Shown: positions 35,123 to 44,019 of the stretch, piece after piece
Numbering within the stretch: position 1 is the stretch's first letter
Layout: each line of letters opens with the position of its first letter
Assembly: GCF_054482595.1 (NCBI RefSeq)
Contig: NZ_CM137008.1
Reading direction: 5' to 3' (one strand)
DNA: 64,000 nt
Program-made: the position numbers and the translations under genes
The notes under the pieces: generated by a model
The model's database searches: none
The model's input: the letters and a program-made list of their open reading frames with translations, nothing else
Told to the model about the DNA's origin: nothing

Positions 35123-35830
35123 ATGGTTCAGAATGAAAAAGTGCGCAAAGAATTCGCCCAGCGGCTAGCGCAAGCCTGTAAAGAAGCTGGTCTTGATGAA
35201 CATGGTAGGGGTATGGCCATAGCCCGTGCCCTTTCTCTTTCGTCCAAAGGCGTTAGCAAATGGTTTAATGCTGAGTCTTTACCGCGTCAGGAAAAAATGA
35301 ATGCGCTTGCGAAATTTCTAAACGTTGATGTTGTTTGGCTTCAGCACGGCACTTCGTTAAATGGAGCGAATGATGAAGATACTCTTTCATTTGTTGGCAA
35401 ATTAAAAAAAGGGTTAGTGCGCGTGGTTGGTGAGGCAATTCTTGGTGTTGATGGTGCCATCGAGATGACCGAAGAGCGCGATGGGTGGCTCAAGATTTAT
35501 AGTGATGATCCAGATGCCTTTGGTCTTCGTGTGAAAGGAGACAGCATGTGGCCCAGAATAAAATCAGGAGAATATGTACTCATTGAGCCTAACACCAAAG
35601 TATTCCCGGGGGATGAGGTGTTTGTCAGAACCGTTGAAGGACACAACATGATCAAGATTCTTGGCTATGACAGAGATGGAGAATACCAATTTACAAGCAT
35701 CAACCAGGACCACAGGCCAATAACGTTACCTTATCATCAAGTAGCAAAGGTGGAGTATGTGGCTGGTATTCTGAAGCAATCTCGTCATCTGGATGACATC
35801 GAGGCAAGGGAGTGGCTGAAAAGTTTGTGA
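35123..35830 (+). CDS. cI: CI-type prophage repressor (HTH plus LexA/S24 peptidase-like C-terminal domain), non-lambda immunity
   Basis: 235-aa ORF; N-terminal HTH and C-terminal LexA/S24-like autocleavage domain (GDSM motif); differs from remembered lambda cI. Confidence 0.85.
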   Translation: MVQNEKVRKEFAQRLAQACKEAGLDEHGRGMAIARALSLSSKGVSKWFNAESLPRQEKMNALAKFLNVDVVWLQHGTSLNGANDEDTLSFVGKLKKGLVRVVGEAILGVDGAIEMTEERDGWLKIYSDDPDAFGLRVKGDSMWPRIKSGEYVLIEPNTKVFPGDEVFVRTVEGHNMIKILGYDRDGEYQFTSINQDHRPITLPYHQVAKVEYVAGILKQSRHLDDIEAREWLKSL

Positions 35831-35938
35831 CTTCAAGTACGCGACAAGCCCCGTCCTTCAGGGCGTGGAGGATGTCAAAATAACTTTAAATAACACACCA
35901 CCAACATTTAACACATTGAATTAAAAAACCTACAATAT

Positions 35939-36274
35939 TTGATGAGAGGCGTTATGGAACCGGTCAAAATTAAACCATCTGTGGATTATATTGAAACCTA
36001 TGCGGACTTCGCTAGTTTTGCTCCACTACCGGGAGCGGAAAAAAATCTCATTTGTATACATTTTATCGCAAACAAGTCAATACCTGCGGTACTATCCCAA
36101 AATGATATACCAGATCAACCAGGTAGAGCGAATATGCAGATAGGCTCTGTAAATGAACTCAATCAGCAATGCACTGTGATAATGCCAATGGCACAACTAA
36201 AGGCTCTTCAGGAGAATATAGTTCTTCTTTTCGAACAATTAGAGGCACAAAACTCTAATGGAGCGAAGTCGTAA
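35939..36274 (+). CDS. Hypothetical protein A of the cI-downstream operon (likely start at MEPVKIK, 35954; about 106 aa)
   Basis: ORF preceded by gagagg SD-like sequence; stop overlaps next start (TAATG); no recognisable domain. Confidence 0.65.
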   Translation: MMRGVMEPVKIKPSVDYIETYADFASFAPLPGAEKNLICIHFIANKSIPAVLSQNDIPDQPGRANMQIGSVNELNQQCTVIMPMAQLKALQENIVLLFEQLEAQNSNGAKS

Positions 36275-36957
36275 TGCAACAACCGGAAGAAGTAGGTGAT
36301 TTAACTATTACTTACAAAACATCAAGTATTGTTAAACCACTGCAAGTTTCCCTGAATAACGTTAATACTCGCGATTTCATGATGTTCATGGAAACAGCAA
36401 AAGGTAATCTGTTTTCTACGCCTATTTCCTCTTATTCACCAAAAAACATGGTGGATGATGCGACCAATTCCCAGCTAACTGCTACAATCGTAGATAAAGG
36501 AGGGGTTGCCGATTGTAAAGGACAATCTAATGTTATCCCACCGTACGAGGAAACTCCTATACAGGGAACCGCAATGTCCGATTTGAGCAGAAACGAAATA
36601 CAGGCACTTCTGAAGGCAAATAAAGCTGAAGTGGATGCAGTGGCCTCAAAAATGCAGGCTGATATGGCCAAATGGCGTGAACTAATGGCTTCAGATATAA
36701 AGGAGATGAAGCATTTAGTTGTTACTCAGCACGAACAAATCAACAGTCGTCTGGACATACAATCGAGTAGAATTGAGAGTGCCCTTGACTCCCAATCAAA
36801 AAAGATCGATGCAGCTCTTTCTGTTCAAGAGGCAAAGTTAGAAGGTAAGCTTAGTGATGTTAAGCTTGATATAATCAAATGGGCCCTTGGCTTGCCAGCA
36901 TTAGCATTTGCTGTATATAAAATCTACGGATTGCTCTCTGGAGTCTCAACCCCCTAA
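36274..36957 (+). CDS. Hypothetical protein B of the cI-downstream operon: coiled-coil protein with C-terminal transmembrane anchor (227 aa)
   Basis: ORF translationally coupled to the upstream gene; heptad-like stretch in residues ~110-200; hydrophobic tail IIKWALGLPALAFAVYKIYGLLSGV. Confidence 0.7.
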   Translation: MQQPEEVGDLTITYKTSSIVKPLQVSLNNVNTRDFMMFMETAKGNLFSTPISSYSPKNMVDDATNSQLTATIVDKGGVADCKGQSNVIPPYEETPIQGTAMSDLSRNEIQALLKANKAEVDAVASKMQADMAKWRELMASDIKEMKHLVVTQHEQINSRLDIQSSRIESALDSQSKKIDAALSVQEAKLEGKLSDVKLDIIKWALGLPALAFAVYKIYGLLSGVSTP

Positions 36958-36963
36958 TACACA

Positions 36964-36989
36964 CCCGGCCTCAGTGCCGGGTTTTCTTT
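36964..36989 (+). terminator. Rho-independent terminator after the cI-downstream operon (tIMM-like)
   Basis: cccggc ctcagt gccggg followed by ttttcttt. Confidence 0.7.
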
Positions 36990-37198
36990 GCCCAACGTTC
37001 GCCCACCTAAAAACACATAATCGATTGTATTTATTGAAAAACTGATAGATACAACTTGCTAAACAGTGCAACCCTGATCCCTGCCCCATCACCTTCATCC
37101 TCAACATTTACAAAAATAAAATACCTTATATATCAAAACCATATCTCGAGAAAACGAATGAACAACAAAATTTCGTACTTATGGTTCTTGATTGTATC

Positions 37199-37227
37199 GA
37201 ACCAATAGTTCATTATTATCACCATCA
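37199..37227 (+). promoter_or_regulatory. Candidate pL (-35 TTGATT, 17-nt spacer, -10 CATTAT) with overlapping oL-like sites
   Basis: Read in sequence; tcgtacttatggttc motif shared with oR region. Confidence 0.4.
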
Positions 37228-37263
37228 GCAGGACGCTGGAAGCCAAACGGAACAGACTGGCAG

Positions 37264-37308
37264 GCTCTTTAAACAACGTCGAACTCTCGACTACGTGGCT
37301 GAAAAGCC
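37264..37308 (+). promoter_or_regulatory. nutL (boxA GCTCTTT ... boxB hairpin GGCUGAAAAGCC)
   Basis: gctctttaaacaacg...ctacgtggctgaaaagcc aligns with nutR candidate. Confidence 0.6.
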
Positions 37309-37407
37309 AGATCACCCAACCACATAAGCTGTGGGATGCAATGCCGAAGCAACCGTCTCAGGAGGAGCTTCGAGATTGCATCGCCAAAGTTTATTCGGGA
37401 GGAATCT

Positions 37408-37680
37408 ATGTCCAGAAAAACAAAATTTAAAGGCACCGCAGCTTCTCGCCGTAGAGCCCGTCGCGCAAATCTGCAAAGTCAGGAGGCGATCAGCTCCGAC
37501 AAGCTACACAGACCAACCCCTTCACGAGTGGTCTTGCAATGCAAGCGCAAACCAGCAATGAGAGCAGAAGTTATAACTCTGACAACGTTGACCAGAAAAT
37601 ATGAAGGTTCAACTTGTCTTCCGAACGTAGCTCTTTACGCGGCAGGCTACCGGAAATCAAAACAACTGACGGCGAGATGA
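37408..37680 (+). CDS. N: N-type transcription antiterminator with N-terminal arginine-rich motif
   Basis: Strong SD gggagg before ATG; MSRKTKFKGTAASRRRARRANLQ arginine-rich motif; position downstream of pL/nutL. Confidence 0.75.
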   Translation: MSRKTKFKGTAASRRRARRANLQSQEAISSDKLHRPTPSRVVLQCKRKPAMRAEVITLTTLTRKYEGSTCLPNVALYAAGYRKSKQLTAR

Positions 37681-37696
37681 TAAATTAATTTGCTAA

Positions 37697-38278
37697 TTAC
37701 TTGTTTTTGCCATGCTTATCCTGAGCGATAAGTTCATCCATAAGACTGTCTTTCTTCCCAGCAAACCTAATGTAGCACTCATTTCTATAGCGTTCCGGGA
37801 TAACAAAACGGTCGATTTCAGGATATCCAGTAGCAGAAGGTACCCGAATAAGAAGCCCTTTTTCGAGCAATGAGATTGCTTCAGGGCTTCCCTTTTCTGT
37901 CTTTAGCTGGTTATTAGCGGCTACAGCGAATGCCAAATACGCTCTTTCTCCAAGAGTTAACGAATCAAACAAATCTTGCACGTATTTCTCTTCTTTAGAT
38001 TTGCGCTTCTGAGCAGCGAATATCTCAATTCTTTCAGTCACAGCGTGATAAGCGGAATTAACAACGCCGTTAAGCACATAGCTAACGCAAAACAACAGGA
38101 TGTAATACATCCAGTAATGAGGAAGGATTTCTGGATTATGCAGGTTTATCCATTCTTTTACGCTTACAGGCATAACAATAATCAATATGATCAGGATGAT
38201 TAGCATATGAATCAACTGTTTAAGTGTCATTCCTTGCAGGAAAAAATGCATTAGTTCCTGCCACCATGAGTTGTTCAT
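37697..38278 (-). CDS. sieB: Superinfection exclusion protein B-like inner membrane protein
   Basis: 193-aa ORF with N-terminal hydrophobic helices, convergent with N; lambda sieB position/orientation from memory. Confidence 0.5.
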   Translation of the reverse strand: MNNSWWQELMHFFLQGMTLKQLIHMLIILIILIIVMPVSVKEWINLHNPEILPHYWMYYILLFCVSYVLNGVVNSAYHAVTERIEIFAAQKRKSKEEKYVQDLFDSLTLGERAYLAFAVAANNQLKTEKGSPEAISLLEKGLLIRVPSATGYPEIDRFVIPERYRNECYIRFAGKKDSLMDELIAQDKHGKNK

Positions 38279-38492
38279 CGGCGTTTCTCTTTTGCTCTCT
38301 GTAGGGGTGAATAGAGTTTATCCGATTTCTCGCTGTAGGGGTACACGAGAACCACCGAGCCTGATGTGGTTAAAAGACAGGCATACTAATAAACACTGCA
38401 CTGTGTATTCATTCCAACGAGTGAATACACTGAGCAATGTCGCTCGTAACTAAACAGGAGCCGACTTGTTCTGATTATTGGAAATCTTCTTT

Positions 38493-38518
38493 GCCCTCCA
38501 ATGTGAGGGCGATTTTTT
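38493..38518 (+). terminator. Rho-independent terminator in pL operon (tL1-like)
   Basis: gccctc caatgtg agggc followed by gatttttta. Confidence 0.6.
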
Positions 38519-38538
38519 ATCTGTGAGGATATGAATAG

Positions 38539-38907
38539 ATGTCAAACATCAAAAAATACATCATTGATTACGACTGGAAAGCATCAATAGAAATTGAAAT
38601 CGACCATGACGTAATGACAGAGGAAAAACTTCACCAGATTAATAATTTCTGGTCAGACTCTGAATACCGACTCAATAAACACGGCTCTGTATTAAATGCT
38701 GTATTAATCATGCTGGCGCAACATGCTCTGCTTATAGCAATTTCAAGCGACTTAAATGCATATGGTGTTGTGTGTGAGTTCGACTGGAATGATGGAAATG
38801 GTCAGGAAGGATGGCCTCCAATGGATGGTAGCGAAGGAATAAGAATTACCGATATCGATACATCAGGAATATTTGATTCAGATGATATGACTATCAAAGC
38901 CGCCTGA
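38539..38907 (+). CDS. ea10: Ea10-like protein (122 aa)
   Basis: Length identical to lambda Ea10 and position upstream of cIII. Confidence 0.65.
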   Translation: MSNIKKYIIDYDWKASIEIEIDHDVMTEEKLHQINNFWSDSEYRLNKHGSVLNAVLIMLAQHALLIAISSDLNAYGVVCEFDWNDGNGQEGWPPMDGSEGIRITDIDTSGIFDSDDMTIKAA

Positions 38908-38979
38908 GCGCGGCGTTACCGCATACCAATAACGCTTCACTCGAGGCGTTTTTCGTTATGTATAAATAAGGAGCACACC

Positions 38980-39144
38980 ATGCAATATGCCATTGCAGGG
39001 TGGCCTGTTGCTGGCTGCCCTTCCGAATCTTTACTTGAACGAATCACCCGTAAATTACGTGACGGATGGAAACGCCTTATCGACATACTTAATCAGCCAG
39101 GAGTCCCAAAAAATGGATCAAACACTTATGGCTATCCAGACTAA
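38980..39144 (+). CDS. cIII: CIII (54 aa; below ORF-track threshold)
   Basis: Manual translation [54 protein letters not shown]. Confidence 0.9.
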   Translation: MQYAIAGWPVAGCPSESLLERITRKLRDGWKRLIDILNQPGVPKNGSNTYGYPD

Positions 39145-39256
39145 ATTCACTATCGCCACTTTTATTGGCGATGAAAAGATGTTTCGTGAGGCCGTCGACG
39201 CTTATAAAAAATGGATATTAATACTGAAACTGAGATCAAGCAAAAGCATTCACTAA
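39113..39256 (+). CDS. kil: Kil (47 aa; host killing, FtsZ inhibitor)
   Basis: [47 protein letters not shown] is the 3' part of an artefactual 89-aa track ORF. Confidence 0.85.
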   Translation: MDQTLMAIQTKFTIATFIGDEKMFREAVDAYKKWILILKLRSSKSIH

Positions 39257-39627
39257 CCCCCTTTCCTGTTTTCCTAATCAGCCCGGCATTTCGCGGGCGA
39301 TATTTTCACAGCTATTTCAGGAGTTCAGCCATGAACGCTTATTACATTCAGGATCGTCTTGAGGCTCAGAGCTGGACGCGTCACTACCAGCAGATCGCCC
39401 GTGAAGAGAAAGAGGCAGAACTGGCAGACGACATGGAAAAAGGTCTGCCCCAGCACCTGTTTGAATCACTCTGCATCGATCATTTACAACGCCACGGGGC
39501 CAGCAAAAAAGCCATTACCCGTGCGTTTGATGACGATGTTGAGTTTCAGGAGCGCATGGCAGAACACATCCGGTACATGGTTGAAACCATTGCTCACCAC
39601 CAGGTTGATATTGATTCAGAGGTATAA
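39211..39627 (+). CDS. gam: Gam (RecBCD inhibitor)
   Basis: 138-aa ORF, lambda length/sequence. Confidence 0.95.
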   Translation: MDINTETEIKQKHSLTPFPVFLISPAFRGRYFHSYFRSSAMNAYYIQDRLEAQSWTRHYQQIAREEKEAELADDMEKGLPQHLFESLCIDHLQRHGASKKAITRAFDDDVEFQERMAEHIRYMVETIAHHQVDIDSEV

Positions 39628-39632
39628 AACGG

Positions 39633-40418
39633 ATGAGTACAGCACTCGCAACGCTGGCTGGGAAGCTGGCTGAACGCGTCGGCATGGATTCTGTCGACCC
39701 ACAGGAACTGATCACCACTCTTCGCCAGACGGCATTTAAAGGTGATGCCAGCGATGCGCAGTTCATCGCATTGCTGATCGTCGCCAACCAGTACGGCCTT
39801 AATCCGTGGACGAAAGAAATTTACGCCTTCCCTGACAAGCAGAACGGCATCGTTCCGGTGGTGGGCGTTGATGGCTGGTCCCGTATCATCAATGAAAACC
39901 AGCAGTTTGATGGCATGGACTTTGAGCAGGACAATGAATCCTGCACATGCCGGATTTACCGCAAGGACCGCAATCATCCGATCTGCGTTACCGAGTGGAT
40001 GGATGAATGCCGCCGCGAACCATTCAAAACCCGCGAAGGCAGAGAAATCACGGGGCCGTGGCAGTCGCATCCCAAACGGATGTTACGGCATAAAGCCATG
40101 ATTCAGTGTGCCCGTCTCGCCTTCGGATTTGCTGGTATCTATGACAAGGATGAAGCCGAGCGCATTGTCGAAAATACCGCATACACTGCAGAACGTCAGC
40201 CGGAACGCGACATCACTCCGGTTAACGATGAAACCATGCAGGAGATTAACACTCTGCTGATTGCCCTGGATAAAACATGGGATGACGACTTATTGCCGCT
40301 CTGTTCCCAGATATTTCGCCGCGACATTCGAGCATCGTCAGAACTGACACAGGCCGAAGCAGTGAAAGCTCTTGGATTCCTGAAACAGAAAGCCACTGAG
40401 CAGAAGGTGGCAGCATGA
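39633..40418 (+). CDS. bet: Bet (Red-beta single-strand annealing protein)
   Basis: 261-aa ORF, lambda length/sequence. Confidence 0.95.
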   Translation: MSTALATLAGKLAERVGMDSVDPQELITTLRQTAFKGDASDAQFIALLIVANQYGLNPWTKEIYAFPDKQNGIVPVVGVDGWSRIINENQQFDGMDFEQDNESCTCRIYRKDRNHPICVTEWMDECRREPFKTREGREITGPWQSHPKRMLRHKAMIQCARLAFGFAGIYDKDEAERIVENTAYTAERQPERDITPVNDETMQEINTLLIALDKTWDDDLLPLCSQIFRRDIRASSELTQAEAVKALGFLKQKATEQKVAA

Positions 40419-41095
40419 CACCGGACATTATCCTGCAGCGTACCGGGATCGACGTGAGAGCTGTCGAACAGGGGGATGATGCGTGGCACAAATTACGGCT
40501 CGGCGTCATCACCGCTTCAGAGGTTCACAATGTGATAGCAAAACCCCGCTCCGGAAAGAAATGGCCTGACATGAAAATGTCCTACTTCCACACCCTGCTT
40601 GCCGAGGTTTGCACCGGTGTGGCTCCGGAAGTTAACGCTAAGGCGCTGGCCTGGGGAAAACAGTACGAGAACGACGCCAGAGCCCTCTTTGAGTTCACTT
40701 CCGGCGTGAATGTTACTGAATCCCCGATCATCTATCGCGACGAAAGTATGCGCACCGCCTGCTCTCCCGATGGTTTATGCAGTGACGGCAACGGCCTTGA
40801 ACTGAAATGCCCGTTTACCTCCCGGGATTTCATGAAGTTCCGGCTCGGTGGTTTCGAGGCCATAAAGTCGGCTTACATGGCCCAGGTGCAGTACAGCATG
40901 TGGGTGACGCGAAAAGATGCCTGGTACTTTGCCAACTATGACCCGCGCATGAAGCGTGAAGGCCTGCATTATGTCGTGATTGAGCGGAATGAAAAGTACA
41001 TGGCGAGTTTTGACGAGATGGTGCCGGAGTTCATCGAAAAAATGGACGAGGCACTGGCTGAAATTGGTTTTGTATTTGGGGAGCAATGGCGATGA
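40415..41095 (+). CDS. exo: Exo (Red-alpha 5'-3' exonuclease)
   Basis: 226-aa ORF, lambda length/sequence. Confidence 0.95.
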   Translation: MTPDIILQRTGIDVRAVEQGDDAWHKLRLGVITASEVHNVIAKPRSGKKWPDMKMSYFHTLLAEVCTGVAPEVNAKALAWGKQYENDARALFEFTSGVNVTESPIIYRDESMRTACSPDGLCSDGNGLELKCPFTSRDFMKFRLGGFEAIKSAYMAQVQYSMWVTRKDAWYFANYDPRMKREGLHYVVIERNEKYMASFDEMVPEFIEKMDEALAEIGFVFGEQWR

Positions 41096-41274
41096 CGCAT
41101 CCTCACGATAATATCCGGGTAGGCGCAATCACTTTCGTCTACTCCGTTACAAAGCGAGGCTGGGTATTTCCCGGCCTTTCTGTTATCAGAAATCCACTGA
41201 AAGCACAGCGGCTGGCTGAGGAGATAAATAATAAACGGGGAGCTGTATGCACAAAGCATCTCCCGTTGAGTTAA
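41092..41274 (+). CDS. Orf60a-like small protein
   Basis: [19 protein letters not shown]; lambda order after exo. Confidence 0.7.
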   Translation: MTHPHDNIRVGAITFVYSVTKRGWVFPGLSVIRNPLKAQRLAEEINNKRGAVCTKHLPLS

Positions 41275-41438
41275 GAACGAGTATCGAGATGGCACATAGC
41301 CTCGCTCAAATTGGAGTCAGGTTTGTGCCAATACCAGTAGAAACAGACGAAGAATTTCATACGTTAGCCGCATCCCTTTCACAAAAGCTGGAAATGATGG
41401 TGGCGAAAGCAGAAGCAGATGAGAGAGACCAGGTATGA
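41247..41438 (+). CDS. Orf63-like small protein
   Basis: 63-aa ORF, lambda order. Confidence 0.7.
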   Translation: MHKASPVELRTSIEMAHSLAQIGVRFVPIPVETDEEFHTLAASLSQKLEMMVAKAEADERDQV

Positions 41439-41514
41439 CAACCACGGAATGCATTTTTCTGGCAGCGGGCTTCATATTCTGTGTGCTTATGCTTGCCGAC
41501 ATGGGACTTGTTCA

Positions 41515-41730
41515 ATGACACCTCAGCAGGAAAACGCCCTTCGCAGTATTGCCCGTCAGGCTAATTCTGAAATCAAAAAAGCCAGACAGCAGTTTCCGGA
41601 TAAAAACGTCGATGACATTTGCCGTAGCGTACTGAAGAAGCACCGCGAAACGGTAACGCTGATGGGATTCACACCGACTCATTTAAGCCTGGCGATCGGC
41701 ATGTTAAACGGCGTCTTTAAGGAACGGTGA
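41515..41730 (+). CDS. Orf61-like small protein (start uncertain)
   Basis: MTPQQENALRSIARQANSEIKKARQQF; within a longer track ORF. Confidence 0.6.
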   Translation: MTPQQENALRSIARQANSEIKKARQQFPDKNVDDICRSVLKKHRETVTLMGFTPTHLSLAIGMLNGVFKER

Positions 41731-41828
41731 GCATGAAAAACAAAATCATCATGGAGCTACAGGCTCCTTTTTTATTATTCGCATTCACCCTCAAGCGTAT
41801 TAACCAACAATTCAGGGATTAATGAAAG

Positions 41829-42050
41829 ATGGCAGACATCATTGATTCAGCATCAGAAATTGAAGAATTACAGCGCAATACAGCAATAAAAATGCGTCGT
41901 CTGAACTACCAGACTATATCCGCCACTCATTGTTGTGAGTGTGGCGATCCCATAGATGAACGAAGACGCCTGGTCGTTCAGGGTTGTCGGACTTGTGCAA
42001 GTTGCCAGGAGGATCTGGAGCTTATCAGTAAACAGAGAGGTTCGAAGTGA
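41829..42050 (+). CDS. TraR/DksA-family C4 zinc-finger protein (lambda Orf73-like)
   Basis: 73 aa with CxxC...CxxC motif (CCECG ... CRTCASC). Confidence 0.8.
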   Translation: MADIIDSASEIEELQRNTAIKMRRLNYQTISATHCCECGDPIDERRRLVVQGCRTCASCQEDLELISKQRGSK

Positions 42051-42454
42051 GCGAAATTAACTCTCAGGCACTGCGTGAAGCGGCAGAGAAAGCCGGTGAA
42101 GATAAGTGGCAGGCTAAAAAAATAAATGGTGATTTTTTCGTTATTCGTCACGGTAGTTATACAAGACAGCATGGCTACACATCGTATCAACCCATTGCGG
42201 AGATTGATTGTAAGCCAGTCCGGGATTTTGTTGCCAAGGCTAATCCGGCTACCGTGCTGGAATTACTGGATGAACTGGAAGCAGCAAAAAAGCGCATTGC
42301 AGAACTGGAAGCGCGGGAAATACTGCTCCCGGAACGTAGCAGCATGCTTCATCGAACAGATTTTCACGATGATTACCAAACGGTAATGGCATACAAAGTT
42401 TCTGAAGTCATCGATGCAATCCGCGCTACTGGCATTCGCATCAAAGGAGAGTGA
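42047..42454 (+). CDS. Hypothetical early-left protein (possibly Ea22-like)
   Basis: 135-aa ORF, coiled-coil segment; no firm motif. Confidence 0.5.
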   Translation: MSEINSQALREAAEKAGEDKWQAKKINGDFFVIRHGSYTRQHGYTSYQPIAEIDCKPVRDFVAKANPATVLELLDELEAAKKRIAELEAREILLPERSSMLHRTDFHDDYQTVMAYKVSEVIDAIRATGIRIKGE

Positions 42455-43211
42455 GATGATTCACTACCACGGTGGGCCTATTACTCCTGATACGTGCGCA
42501 ATGAGGGCATGGAAAGGGCGACATGCGTTTATCAGTTTTGCGCATTCAGGCCAGATCAATCTCGCGGCTGAATACTGTCAGTCGTTCGCGCTGGACAACG
42601 GTGCATTCACCGCCTGGAAAGCAGCTGGCAAAAACAAAATCGACTGGAGCGATTACTACGAGTTTGTTGCTCGCTGGAAGAATCACCCAGGATTCGATTT
42701 TGCCATTATCCCGGATATTATTGATGGCGGAGAGGAGGAAAATGATGCGCTTCTGAATGAGTGGCCTCACGGAAAACTAGCTGGCGTTCCAGTGTGGCAC
42801 ATGAATGAAAGTGACGCGCGATTTATTCATTTGTGCAATGAGTTTCCGCGAGTGGCTATCGGTAGTTGTGGCGACTATGACGTAAAGCGCCCAACTCTTG
42901 CGGTAGCCAGAATGAAAGACCTGATTCGTCACATTGTTGATGGGCATGGTCAGCCGGTTACGAAACTACATGGATTGCGCATGTTAAATCCGCTGATATT
43001 CACAAAATTACCCTTAGCCAGCGCAGATAGTACGAACGTCGCTCGAAACATCGGTATTGATAAAGCCTGGTCTAGGGCTTATGCACCTGCAAGTAAAGAG
43101 ACACGCGCAGCATTAATGGTAGAACGGATTGAGGCACACAATAGCCCTGGTTCTCTTGCGTATTGTGAACAACGCGACCGCTTTGAAATGCAATTGCAAC
43201 TAGCAGTTTAA
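42414..43211 (+). CDS. Hypothetical protein (likely start MIHYHGG at 42456; about 251 aa)
   Basis: Long ORF with typical codon usage; no motif I can assign with confidence. Confidence 0.6.
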   Translation: MQSALLAFASKESEMIHYHGGPITPDTCAMRAWKGRHAFISFAHSGQINLAAEYCQSFALDNGAFTAWKAAGKNKIDWSDYYEFVARWKNHPGFDFAIIPDIIDGGEEENDALLNEWPHGKLAGVPVWHMNESDARFIHLCNEFPRVAIGSCGDYDVKRPTLAVARMKDLIRHIVDGHGQPVTKLHGLRMLNPLIFTKLPLASADSTNVARNIGIDKAWSRAYAPASKETRAALMVERIEAHNSPGSLAYCEQRDRFEMQLQLAV

Positions 43212-43221
43212 GGACTAACAA

Positions 43222-44019
43222 ATGACCACTATTACCAAAGAACGTATTGAATTGTTCATTAAAAATCCGCTTGAAAACGGACTTACTCGTGGCGAACAAA
43301 TGGAACTGGCACGAATTGCACTGGCATCACTGGAACGCGAACTGATTCGCCACGAGCATGCCAAATGGTCTGACTCCACATTTGGCTGCGTTGGCCCCAT
43401 TGGTCCACTGAAACACCTCTCAAAAGAGGCTCTGGAAGCCGCAGCCGAACCAGACGATCTCAGCGAGTGGGCTGATATGCATTTCCTGTTGTGGGATGCA
43501 CAGCGCCGTGCTGGCATCAGCGATGCTGAAATTACCGCTGCTATGGAAGATAAATTGAAGATCAACATGGAGCGCCAGTGGCCTGAACCAATAGATGGTG
43601 AGCCTCGCTTGCACATTAAAGAACCCGGCAACTCTCCGGTAATTCCGGATGGTTTATCCACGGTATGCGCTGAGGCTTATCAGGTTGTAGGAGTTATGGC
43701 AGATGCGCTTGGTGTATTCGGTGATGCAGCAGTACAGAAAGTTCTGGATAACCTGTCACAGCAAAAACTTGTTCACAGAGATGTGCTGCCGTTCTCGCTT
43801 CCGGTGACTCCGGATGGTTGGATAAGCTGTAGTGAGCGAATGCCGAAAGAAACGGGTGACATTATTGTTGTTTCGGATGGCATTGTAATGTCCGGGATTT
43901 CTTATTCTCGTCGTGACGGGTTCTATATAGCCGCATTGGAGTACGACGACGATGAGCCAATTGGCGGTGTAACCCACTGGATGCCTCTACCAGAACCGCC
44001 TCGATTAAAGGAGCTATAA
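43222..44019 (+). CDS. Phage protein with C-terminal DUF551-like domain (N-terminal part possibly DUF550-like)
   Basis: 265-aa ORF; C-terminal W..C.ERMP ... VTHWMPLPEPP pattern typical of DUF551. Confidence 0.6.
   Translation: MTTITKERIELFIKNPLENGLTRGEQMELARIALASLERELIRHEHAKWSDSTFGCVGPIGPLKHLSKEALEAAAEPDDLSEWADMHFLLWDAQRRAGISDAEITAAMEDKLKINMERQWPEPIDGEPRLHIKEPGNSPVIPDGLSTVCAEAYQVVGVMADALGVFGDAAVQKVLDNLSQQKLVHRDVLPFSLPVTPDGWISCSERMPKETGDIIVVSDGIVMSGISYSRRDGFYIAALEYDDDEPIGGVTHWMPLPEPPRLKEL

Noticed and set aside
37133-37315. 60-aa minus-strand ORF in the pL/nutL region
   Set aside because: Lies across the candidate pL promoter and nutL; no ribosome-binding context.
38987-39256. 89-aa ORF from the six-frame track
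   Set aside because: Artefactual: its 3' 47 codons are kil, its 5' part is an out-of-frame read of cIII; real genes are cIII (38980..39144) and kil (39113..39256).
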